53,908 bases of DNA, from NCBI RefSeq assembly GCF_001194135.2, contig NC_068982.1, positions 46,013,457-46,067,364 of the forward strand, given 5' to 3'. This DNA comes from Octopus bimaculoides. Taxonomy: Eukaryota. A program made the translations under genes and the position numbers. Below the pieces are notes generated by a model that searched no databases, was not told where the DNA came from, and worked only from the letters and a program-made list of their open reading frames with translations. Shown here one piece after another: positions 37,099 through 48,576 of the stretch (positions are counted from its first letter, which is position 1; every line of letters starts with the position of its first letter).

Positions 37099-37936
37099 CA
37101 TATGTATATATACGTATATATATAAATATATATATATATACAAAAATACATGTCTGCTATACATATATATATTAATATATATATATGCATATATATGTTG
37201 TATATACACATTATATGTATATACCAATATATATTTCTATATATGTATGCATGGATGTATGTAACTAGATTGATAACTAGATAAGTAGATGGATAGGTAA
37301 ATGATTAAACACGTACACAGAGACCGATCCATGCATACATGCACACACGCACACATGTGTGCATACCCACGCGTGCGCCCACACACACACACACAAATAC
37401 ACACATACTTGCACACAAACACGCTTGTAAGCGTGTACGCAATATTCTACGAAGAGAAATCAGGAAACTGATATGTCAGAAAACAAGATACGATGTGTAT
37501 GTGTGATGTATGTGCAATCGGTGCAGATGTTTCCGTTTGAGGAATTTTCCTACATCTTTCTCCTGTATCAAATTTATAATATAGCTGTCACCAGAAAATA
37601 CAGGTGCTGCCTGTTAATACATTGCGAAGATAGACCGAGTACTTTATAACGATGCAATGAACGCTCTGAATTACAACGCAGTTTCCCTGCCAACTATTAT
37701 ACATTTATCTTCCAGGGTGGCAACGTTATTCCAAATATTTCAATGCTACCAATAACCGCGCGCGTTTTAACTTCGGGTGCAGGCCTCGTTGTAAGTAGAT
37801 CTTACTATCCAAACCGTTCCATCTGCGACCGTTTTATCTTGGATTCAGACACACTTTATTCAACACGATATTAAAACACGGCTTCCTTTAAGCTATTGCA
37901 TTTGTATCTTCTGGGATCGCTCTACCGGTCCTAATA

Positions 37937-38158
37937 CTGGCTTCAAATTTTGGCACAAGGCCAGCAATTTCGGGGGAAGGATTGAGTCGAGTGCATTGAC
38001 GCCAGTGCTCAACTGGTACTTATTTTATCGAACCCGAAAGGATGAAGGGCTCAATAAAAGGTTCCACCTCGGCAGAATTTGAACTCAGTACACAAAGCCG
38101 GACGAATTGCCGCTAAGCAGTTTGCCTGGTGTGCTAACGGTTCTAACAGCTCACCCTA
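37937..38158 (-). mobile_element. SINE family B
   Basis: GGCTTCAAATTTTGGCACAAGGCCAGC...CTCGGCAGAATTTGAACTCAG...GTGCTAACGGTTCTAACAGCTCACC. Confidence 0.9.
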
Positions 38159-38654
38159 ATATTAATAATAATCCTTTCGGTTATAGGCATAAATCTTGAA
38201 ATTTCGCTCAACCTCAATTCTGAATTGGTTCTTACTTCGTTGACTCTGAACAGCAAAATCGATCTCGGCGAAATTTTACCTTCGCCAGGAGTGCTAGCGA
38301 TTCTAGCTCGCTGCTTTAAATGTTACCGCTTTTTAGCCATGTATAAAGCCCACAGACAAGGAATTCTTACCATCAAAAAATCAATCCGACAGTCACTATT
38401 TTATCTTTGACTCGGGTTAAATATAATCTAAGTTTACATAATGTAGTCTATTTTACCTTTTTGAAATTTTAAGTATGAAGTGATTTGAGGGAGCTTTAAC
38501 TGCTCTTTCTACTAGTTTTGAGCAATTACTCAGAGTGACTGTTTATAATAGCGAATTATCCTACACCTTTCAACTGTATCAAGTTTATAACATAACTGTC
38601 ACCAGAAAATACAGGTGATGCCTGTATATCCTGCGAAGATAGGCTGAATATTTT

Positions 38655-39095
38655 CTCTCTTTTATCGTTTACTTGTTTCAGTCATTAGACTGCGGCAATG
38701 CTGGGGCACACCTTGAACAATTTATTTCAGTCGAATGAATCGACCCTAGTATTTATTTATTTTTTTTTGTTAAGCCTGGAACTTATTCTATCGGTGTCTT
38801 TTGCCGAACCTCTAAGTTAATGGGACGTAAACACACCACCACCGGTTGTCAAGCGATGGTGGGGGACAAACGCACTCACACATACATAATGCATGCATGC
38901 ATACATATATACATACATACATACCCATATATACATGGGATTCTTCTAGTTTCCGTCTATCAAATTCACTCACAAGGTTTTAGTCGGCCCGAGGGTATAG
39001 TGGACACACTTGCCCAAGGTGTCACACAGTGGAAATGAACTCGGAACCGTGTGGTTGGGAAGCAAGCTTCTTACCACACTGCCACGCCTGCGCCT
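38655..39095 (-). mobile_element. SINE family C, full length
   Basis: Reverse-complement head AGGCGCAGGCGTGGCAGTGTGGTAAGAAGCTTGCTTCCCAACCACACGGTTCCGAGTTC; full body colinear with 15378-15759. Confidence 0.92.
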
Positions 39096-40465
39096 AAAGA
39101 TGCAATGAACGTTCTGTTTTAAAACGCAGTTTCCCTATCAGCTATCATAGATTTGATTTGGTTTCCACGTAATCTAAGTTCACGCAATTCTATCCATTTG
39201 TTTTTTTTTTTTTTCGTTTTGAAATTTTAAGACGAGTATGGAATGATTTGAAGGAGTTTTACACTGCTCTCCCTACCAGGTATAAGCAATTACACAGCGT
39301 TAGTTAGTTTAATCATAAGCAATAAACTGCTATATCTAGTTCAGCGTGAATCACTGTTGTTGTTATTGCTTGTTCTTATTGTTCAGCCCGCGGCCAACTT
39401 TGATCAAATACTCTTATTGGCAAATGATGTTGCAGGCACTAAAATTACGCTATCGAATGTCTTTCATTTCTGATGGCGGTGTGATTTAAATGAGATTTTA
39501 TAGACTCTTTCTAGAATATCAAACGACCGTAAAGACATTTCCCCGTCGCTGTCGACACGTGGATTTTCTGTATTAGTTAATAGATATGTTTCTTTTTTTT
39601 CTTTTTTGTTTATCACCAAGTCAACACTAATCATATAACGTTCGACTATTGACCATCCCATCCTGTTTTCTTCTTTTCGCTGACATAATCTACTGTGCCC
39701 TTCTTTTCTTTTCTTAAGACAGAAAATTGGGTTATAGAAAGGTTTTCCTGTTATTACTTGCAATACTAAATAATCACATTGTGATACCTTCTTTCGCTTT
39801 TATCAGTTCTTGCTGTGATGCTTGTTATTGTTGATTAGCTCTAGGTCACCCACAAACAAACAAGATTCCAACCACGGCCATCTAGTTCTACAACACTACA
39901 TTATCTACCGCATTCTTTCATTTGCTTTTGTTTCATAATGACAACGGGGCATTATTTGAAACTTTGGCTGCTATTTCTAGCACGTCAAGAAACCCCAGGG
40001 AGGAGGCACACTTTTTGGAATGTTATTTTCGATGTTGCTATGGTTGCTACAGCTGCTGCTGATGCAGTTACTGCTGCTGTTGTTTTTGTTGTATTTTTAC
40101 TGCAGCTGCAGCTAAGTGGACTGCTGCTACTGCAACTGTTGCTAACATTGTCTTGACGCTCGCCTCGCATTTACTAAAGCCTGTATGCGATTAGGTGTGC
40201 GCGTGTGCACGAGAGTGGGTGTGCATTAGCGTGCATATACATACTCACACATACATAATACATATATATGTACGTATATATATCACTATACATAGATATA
40301 TATACATAAATATATATACATATAAATATATATATACCTATATATGTATATGTATATATATATACATATATATGTATATATATATATATACACATATATA
40401 TATGTACATGTATATGTGTATATATACATGTATATATATGTATATGTATATAAATATATATATAA

Positions 40466-40513
<48 letters not shown>

Positions 40514-41036
40514 TTATATACATACATGTATATATGCATAATTGGCAAAAGATGACCAATATGTGTTGCAACACACGTTTGCATAACAAGAATCTTGCAA
40601 AACAAATACGTAAACCTATGCATACACACGCACACACACAGGCATGTGTGTATATAGGGAGATAAATAGATAAATAGATAGACTTAGGAAAATATTTCTC
40701 GTCTCAAATATCAATGCGCCTACTGGACACCAACAACAAAGCATGCAATAGAAATACAGTTGTTGGTTGGTTGTTTTAACAACAGCTTAAACAGACGATA
40801 GATCCAGTGAAATTGAATGGCGCACATACGGATGGATAAAGCACCAGAAACAGACCGTGCACACACATACACACACACAAACGCAAGTACGCACGCACGC
40901 ACGCATACGTACAGTTGAGTGCATGGGCATATGAGAACATGCATATTCACACATGCATACATACGTATATAGACATATATATACATACGTATATAGACAT
41001 ATATATCCATACGTATATATACATATATATACATAC

Positions 41037-41090
<54 letters not shown>

Positions 41091-41672
41091 NNNNNNNNNN
41101 NNNNNNNNNNNNNNNNNNNNNNNNNNNNNNNNNNNNNNNNNNNNNNNNNNNNNNNNNNNNNNNNNNNNNNNNNNNNNNNNNNNNNNNNNNNNNNNNNNNN
41201 NNNNNNNNNNNNNNNNNNNNNNNNNNNNNNNNNNNNNNNNNNNNNNNNNNNNNNNNNNNNNNNNNNNNNNNNNNNNNNNNNNNNNNNNNNNNNNNNNNNN
41301 NNNNNNNNNNNNNNNNNNNNNNNNNNNNNNNNNNNNNNNNNNNNNNNNNNNNNNNNNNNNNNNNNNNNNNNNNNNNNNNNNNNNNNNNNNNNNNNNNNNN
41401 NNNNNNNNNNNNNNNNNNNNNNNNNNNNNNNNNNNNNNNNNNNNNNNNNNNNNNNNNNNNNNNNNNNNNNNNNNNNNNNNNNNNNNNNNNNNNNNNNNNN
41501 NNNNNNNNNNNNNNNNNNNNNNNNNNNNNNNNNNNNNNNNNNNNNNNNNNNNNNNNNNNNNNNNNNNNNNNNNNNNNNNNNNNNNNNNNNNNNNNNNNNN
41601 NNNNNNNNNNNNNNNNNNNNNNNNNNNNNNNNNNNNNNNNNNNNNNNNNNNNNNNNNNNNNNNNNACGCACA

Positions 41673-41708
<36 letters not shown>

Positions 41709-41986
41709 AGTGTTTGTGTGTCTATGTAAAATATATATTCATGCATACATACATACATACATACATACATACATACATACATAAACTTACATGTACATAT
41801 TCCATACACACACACAGTTATATATATAGGGACTTTTCGGACGATTTAGATGTTCGTTAACTACAGCATGAAATCATTTTAGCTCTTATCTATAGCAATG
41901 TAGGTGTTTCTTAACACCCTAGTCACATTTAGTGACGATTATAATTTTCTTTTTTGGTGAAACATTGGAACCTGCTGTTTATTTTA

Positions 41987-42036
<50 letters not shown>

Positions 42037-42059
42037 AATTTTTAGAATGAGATAAATAT

Positions 42060-42380
42060 CCAAGGTTGTGAAAGATTTCAGAAATTCATAAATAGAAGGT
42101 CTTACAGCTGTTTCCGGGATATTTTATATATCCCTACATCGGTGACGGAGTGAGAAAATGGTTATGCAATAGTTATTCTAGATAAGATATGAAATAGAGA
42201 GTGAAGTGGAGGAATGAAAATAGACGTGAGATATGCAGGGATATTGCATTTGTAGATCCATTATTTAGGTGGAATGGTATACATGTAAGATTCCAGTTCC
42301 TTGTAAGTTCCAATAGTATTCAAAATTTGTCATTCGAAGTATAGAGTTTGTACACGGTGTTGTTGAATCGAATGTTTTAA
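42060..42380 (-). mobile_element. Penelope-like 3' end with hammerhead-like motif
   Basis: Minus strand: weak GIY-YIG-tail-like peptide YKELESYMYTIPPK, then GTCACCGATGTAGGGATATATAAAATATCCCGGAAACAGCTGTAAGAC. Confidence 0.5.
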
Positions 42381-42413
42381 GACCTTTGAGTCTTATTGAC
42401 ACCATTACCTCTC

Positions 42414-42464
<51 letters not shown>

Positions 42465-42671
42465 CATACACACACACATTCATATATATATNNNNNNNNN
42501 NNNNNNNNNNNNNNNNNNNNNNNNNNNNNNNNNNNNNNNNNNNNNNNNNNNNNNNNNNNNNNNNNNNNNNNNNNNNNNNNNNNNNNNNNNNNNNNNNNNN
42601 NNNNNNNNNNNNNNNNNNNNNNNNNNNNNNNNNNNNNNNNNNNNNNNATATATACATTCATAAATACATAT

Positions 42672-42704
<33 letters not shown>

Positions 42705-42828
42705 CGTGTTGGGGGAGTATTTGTGTACATGTGTGTGTATGAGAGCTGTAGGCTAAATGAGCGCGAAAGGGAAGAAGATGGTGGAAGACAGAAACGGTTT
42801 GAGAGATATCCCGACTCTCTCTCTTTCT

Positions 42829-42885
<57 letters not shown>

Positions 42886-43164
42886 TCACAGGCACCAGGC
42901 ACAAAAACACATACACACACACATGCACGCACACAAACGCGTGTGAGTGGGTGAATACAAAGACGTTCAGACATTCATCACCTAACACAGCATATAACAT
43001 AGCAACACCTCCTACATACATAGTCACACAACATATAACACAAGACGAACCAAATGACGTATGTATGTATGTACGTATGTAGACGGAAACTCAACGATTG
43101 ATCCCTGCATTTTGCCTCGTGTAGTCAGGCCCTCGTCTTTACAGAGAAATGATGCATGCTAGAC

Positions 43165-43980
43165 CAGTGATTCTCAACCGGAGTCCATATAAGATCTTTA
43201 AGGATTCACACAAGAAATTAGCAAATTGGCGATCCACAATTGTATTCTAAGGGCCCCTGAAAAAATTTTGCTTGTGATGTATGTATTGCAAGGAACAGCT
43301 AGGTTTCTTTCTCTAACATTTTACATATGGCCCCTGAGGGTCCATATAAAATTTTTGGGGATCCACACGCAAGAAGAGTAGATTGGAGATCCACAATAAT
43401 ATTTAAGGGGTCCCATCTAAAAATTTTACTTGAGATGTGTGTATTAATATATATATAGCAAGAATCAGTGATGGTGCGTGGCTAAGTAGTTAGGATATTC
43501 GGCTCATGATCGTAAGGCCGTGATTTCGAATCCCGGCGACGCGTTGCATCCTTGCGCAAGACACTTTATTTCACGTTGTTCCAGTCCGCTCAACTGGCAA
43601 AAATGTGTCGTACCTGTATTTCAAAGGAGTAGCCTTGCCATATTCTGTGTCACGCTGAATCTCCCTGACATCTCCGTTAAGAGTACACGTGTCTGTGGAG
43701 TGCTAAGCCATTTGCGCATTAATTTCACACGCCAACTGTTCTGCTGATGATCAACTGGAACCGACGGAGCATCAGTTAGCAAGAAACAGCTAGGTTGCTT
43801 TCTCTAACATTTTACATAAATCAACCTATACAGATTAATATGCGAAAAGCAACTTGGGAAATTTGAATGAAGTTTCCATAAAACTAGTTTTTAAACATCG
43901 AATGGCTATGGAGGCTCACCAGTATAAAACAATAGTAATGAAAAGAGTCCATAGATTAAAAAAATGGTTGAGAATCCTTC
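43165..43980. mobile_element. hAT-type MITE with an internal duplication and a nested SINE
   Basis: TIRs CAGTGATTCTCAACC and GGTTGAGAATCCTTC; flanks TGCTAGAC and TGTTAGAA match 6/8. Related to 23702-24007. Confidence 0.7.
43469..43776 (+). mobile_element. SINE family A nested in the hAT MITE
   Basis: Family A head and body, flanked by TAGCAAGAATCAG (43456-43468) and TAGCAAGAAACAG (43777-43789), a 13-bp TSD with one mismatch. Confidence 0.85.
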
Positions 43981-44359
43981 TGTTAGAAGATTGAACCACT
44001 GGGCCACGCCTCGTCATTTTACTGACTCTTCTGACAAGTCTAACCTGGGGCTACATACACAATACGGCACAATCAAACAAATATTGCAGCACAACACACA
44101 CATGCATCACACACACAAATAAACACATACGCACATTCTATATGACAAGGCGCTAACGCTTTCAGACGAAATAGATTTTGTTCTTTAGTGTACAGCCTGG
44201 AGGTAATGCATTTTTTTAATGAAGTGGAGCTGTCGGGTGGTTATTTTGATTTTTTGACAGCAGAACACAGGGTTTTCCAGCGTCTTGTCGGCTTCGTAAA
44301 AGCTTATTTTACTCCGTTTTGAGTTTAAAAAAAAATTAATGCCTACAAGACATATTTTC

Positions 44360-44768
44360 AGAATGGCAAAAAAGTGCCGGATAAAATGCTTAAGAGCATT
44401 TCTTCCGCTTCTTAACGTCTTGAGTCCAAATTCCATCGAGATAGATTTCGCCTTTCATTCTTTCGGGGTCGGTAAAATAAGTACCATTTGAAAACTGGGG
44501 TCGATGAATTCGACCTTCCTTCCCCTAAAAATTGTTGGCCTTGGGCCAAAATTAGAAAGGTTATTGAATAAAAGTTCCAAATTTTGGTACAAGGCCAGCA
44601 ATTGCGGGAGACGGAGAAGGTTGATTACATCGACCCTAGTATTCAACTGTTATTTTATAGAACGAAAAACAAAGTCGACCTTGGCAGAAATCGAACTCAG
44701 GATGTAAAGACGAACGAAATGCCGCTAAACATTTTTGTTCTGCGTGTTAACGCTTCTGCCAGCTCGCA
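44360..44768. mobile_element. Tail-to-tail inverted pair of SINE B copies (+ about 44360-44565, - about 44572-44768)
   Basis: The first ends GGCCTTGGGCCAAAATTAGAAAG; the second begins TTCCAAATTTTGGTACAAGGCC and ends CTTCTGCCAGCTCG. Confidence 0.85.
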
Positions 44769-45611
44769 GGTTTAGAAAAAAATATTAATATAACAATGAT
44801 ATATATGACAGTGTGACTGTAGTGAGTCTGTTTCGGGCCTGTACGCTCACTACGAGCTCAACCTGATTTCTGAGGTACTCACTCGGGATAGGACGCCAGT
44901 CCTTCGAAAGAATGACTTCCAGCTGCAGCTGATATAAGTCCTCTCAACCACAGCTATAAGATCATCATGAAATAATACCTTGTTCAAGTACATAATACAC
45001 TGCAGGGTCTAAAAATCGAACTCACGATCGAAGTTCGATTGAAAACCCGAGAATCTAACCTCTCGGTCGCTATCGTTACAGTGTAATAGTAATATCAATA
45101 TAGATGTGATATTAATGTAAATATCATATCAAAATAACTGTGATATTAATTGTAGATTTCATATAACTGTGAATGTGATGATAATATTTCTGTGATATCA
45201 ATGTATATGTGATTCCGATGTAAATGTGCTGTCAAGACGTGATATCAATATTAATGCATTATCAGTATAAATGGTACACCAGTCTACCTATGATGTCAAC
45301 GTATATGTAACTTCTCTCTAAATGTGATGTCAAAATAAGTGTGATATCAATGGAAATGTGATATCAGTGTGTATGCAAAATTAATGGAGATGTAATATCT
45401 GTGTAAATGTATCTGTGATCTCAATATAAATGTGATATCATTGTGAATGAGATATCAGTATAAATGTAATATCGTTACAAAACTGATATCAAAGAAAATG
45501 TGATCCCAATATAAATAAAGCCGACGGACATGTGATTTCTATGTAATCTTAATATAAAATTAATATCCATATGTTATCAATGTGAATGAGACACCATCAT
45601 AGCAAGAACGA

Positions 45612-45828
45612 AAGGCGGTGAGCTGGCAGAAACGTTAGCACGCCGGGCGAAATGCTTAGGGGTATTTCGTTTGTCTTTATGCTCTGAGTTCAAATTCTGC
45701 CGAGGTCGACTTTGCCTTTCATACTTTCGGGGTCGACAAATTGAGTACGAGTTGCGTACTGGGGTCGATCTAATCGACTTGCCCCCTCCCCCAAAATATC
45801 AGGCCTTGTGCCTAGAGTAGAAAAGAAT
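45612..45828 (+). mobile_element. SINE family B, well-preserved copy
   Basis: AAAGGCGGTGAGCTGGCAGAAACGTTAGCACGCCGGGCGAAATGCTTAG...GAGTTCAAATTCTGCCGAGGTCGACTTTGCC...GGCCTTGTGCCTAGAGTAGAAAAG. Confidence 0.92.
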
Positions 45829-46011
45829 ATAAATGTGATATTGTGAATGAGATATATATATAAAGGTAATATCATTACAAAACTGATATCAATGAAAATA
45901 TGATCCCAATATGAATAAAGTCAACGTACATGTGCTATCTATGTAATCTTAATATAAAATTAATATCCATGTGTTATCATTGCGAATGAGACACCATTAT
46001 AACAAGACCAA

Positions 46012-46235
46012 TAGGAGGCAAGCTGGCAGAATTGTTAGTGCGCTGTACAAAATGCTTAACGACATTTCTTCTGGTTTATGCTCTGAGTCCTAATTTTGTC
46101 GTGGTCGACTTTGCCTTTCATACTTTCGGGGTCGATTAAATAAATACCAGCTGAGCATTGCGGTCAATGTAATCAACTACCCCTCACCCCAACCAAAATA
46201 ATGTCTGCCGTTTTGCCTGTAGAAGAAAAGAAAGG
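46012..46235 (+). mobile_element. SINE family B, in the second unit of a local tandem duplication
   Basis: GGAGGCAAGCTGGCAGAATTGTTAG...GGTCGACTTTGCCTTTCATACTTTCGGGGTCGA. Confidence 0.85.
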
Positions 46236-46931
46236 ATTATGACAGTAATGCAAAAGTAGGTATGATATCCCGGTTACAATAATATCTAAGTGAATTTATG
46301 TCCAATGGAAGTTTAATATCATTATATAAATGATATCTGTATAGCACTAATAACAATGAAAATGTGATGCCAAAGTATAATACCAATGTATTATACCAAA
46401 GTATAATACCAATAGTGCGAATGTAAAAGTGAAATCTGTGTAATTAATATCAATTCAAATATGATATCAACGTAAGAGTGATACCAATGCAAGTGTGATA
46501 TCACGTTGTGATATCAATATCAATATGATATAGATATATGAACAGTATCGATATATAAATGGCATAGCCATCGCATGAGTTCACAGAATAGTAACAGAGC
46601 AACAACCGGAAGCTTTCAAGATATCTCTGACTCGGCAGTTATCTTAATCAAGCCGGAACAAGAGAGAGGATGGACAACCACTCGATTGATGAGGACGGGT
46701 GATGAGGACGATGACGACAACGACGACGACGACGACGATGATGATGATGATGATGAGGTGGAGAGGAGGGGCAACAGCAGCACCAGAAGGATGATGAGAA
46801 AGTTGCTGTTTAAATCTTTATCCTATATCTGTTTTTTCGAACATAAACACATGCGTGTAACACAGACACACACACACACATACACTGACGTATACATCCA
46901 TCCATCCATCCATCCATACATACATATATAT

Positions 46932-46961
46932 ATAAAATATGTCTAAAGAGGAGGTAAATTG

Positions 46962-46992
<31 letters not shown>

Positions 46993-46995
46993 TAT

Positions 46996-47046
<51 letters not shown>

Positions 47047-47108
47047 ACGCACACACACACACATATATATATATATATCAATTTACCTCCTCTTTAGACA
47101 TATTTTAT
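46932..47108. repeat. Perfect inverted repeat flanking an (AT)n/(CA)n core
   Basis: AAAATATGTCTAAAGAGGAGGTAAATTGA (46934-46962) is the exact reverse complement of TCAATTTACCTCCTCTTTAGACATATTTT (47078-47106). Pairing extends 2 bp outward and into the (AT)n inward. Confidence 0.95.
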
Positions 47109-47704
47109 TTTATTTACTTAGCTTGTTTACGTTAAGTGTTTTCATCGATATTTGTTCGATCAGTTTCATATCTTATTACCAACGGGTGTCTTACTTCTGG
47201 ATATATACATAGCACCAAACTAATTCAAGCTAAGAACCTCATCTAACTACTTCCATGAGGCATATATCACTGTATAACATTTTTTTTTTTTGTTTTTGGT
47301 CAGTAAGTGTTATTTCTCTTATTTGCTTCTATCTAGAATTCAAAGGAATTGACTAACATTCCCTTGAAACTTAGCTTCTGTAACCTAGATATCAATGCTT
47401 TGAAACTGACCTATTTTCCATAATTTTTCAGACAGATTTAGCACTGAGTTGCTGAAGCAGAAATATCGTTAGAGCAAATATTCTGCTCAATGCCACAAAT
47501 TTGCTAGTCTGCTGCTTGACCCTCACCACTTGATGATGTCCCTTAGTAGCTGACAATATGTGCCCCTCTAATGATTAGCAGGAATAGTGGGGAAGCATCA
47601 TAGCTATGTGTTGAAAGGGATTCTTTGGGGGTTTGCATGAATGTAACAAAAGCCAAGCTTGAAGTAAATATCAGTCATTTTTCATACTTTCTAAGGGTAG
47701 AACT

Positions 47705-48077
47705 GGCACTCCGTCGCTTACAACGTCGAGGATTCCAGTTGATCCTATCAACGGAACAGCCTGCTCGTGAAATTAACGTGCAAGTGGCTGAGCACTCCAC
47801 AGACACGTGTACCCTTAACGTAGTTCTCGGGGAAATTCAGCGTGACACAGTGTGACAAGGCTGACCCTTTGAATTACAGGTACAACAGAAACAGGAAGAA
47901 AGAGTGAGAGAAAGTTGTGGTGAAAGAGTGCAGCAGGGTTCGCCACCATCCCTTGCCAGAGCCTCGTGGAGCTTTAGGTGTTTTCGCTCAATAAACACTC
48001 ACAACGCCCGGTCTGGGAATCGAAACCGCGATCCTATGACCGCGAGTCCGCTGCCCTAACCACTGGGCCATTGCGCC
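47705..48077 (-). mobile_element. tRNA-derived SINE family A', full length
   Basis: Reverse-complement head GGCGCAATGGCCCAGTGGTTAGGGCAGCGGACTCGCGGTCATAGGATCGCGGTTTCGATTCCC; colinear with 28119-28491. Confidence 0.92.
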
Positions 48078-48368
48078 TTTCTAAGGGTAAGCAAATAGGA
48101 AATAACAGTTGCTATTCAAAGACAAAAACCGAGCTACAAAGTGAATTAACGTCACGATTTAAGGTTATTTTTATATATTTTATCTAGCAGTTAAGGAGTA
48201 ACAATCAAAACTGATTTCCATCACATGAAGTAATTTACTGTTAGTAGATTGCAAGCATTCTGGGACACCTCGTTCAAAGGGTTAGTTGTGCATATCAACC
48301 TCAGTAATTATTTTTGAATGCTGTAAAAACAAATACACACCTACACACATGCGCACACTCACACACAT

Positions 48369-48515
48369 AGGCTGCAAGGTAAAAAGTTTGCTTCCCAAAC
48401 ACATTGTTCTGGCATCAATACACCACGTAGTACCTTCGATTAGTATCTTCTACTTTAGAACAACGCGTTGTGAGCGAATTTGATAGACGGAAACTGTGTG
48501 GAAGCTTGTCCTACA
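48369..48515 (+). mobile_element. Diverged SINE family C, 5' portion
   Basis: GGCTGCAAGGTAAAAAGTTTGCTTCCCAAACAC...TTGTGAGCGAATTTGATAGACGGAAACTG. Confidence 0.65.
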
Positions 48516-48537
48516 TGTGTGCATGTATGCGTGTGCA

Positions 48538-48576
<39 letters not shown>

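Larger units (their letters stand above)
45085..46545. repeat. Degenerate TGTGATATCAAT-type minisatellite-like tract interrupted by two SINE B copies
   Basis: Many imperfect A(A)TGTGATATCA(A)T units at about 45085-45480 and 46300-46545. Confidence 0.7.

Noticed and set aside
47990-48077. tRNA-like sequences (also at about 2340-2420, 28119-28190 and 39020-39095) as tRNA genes
   Set aside because: They have A/B boxes but no complete cloverleaf or acceptor stem, and they continue into SINE bodies.
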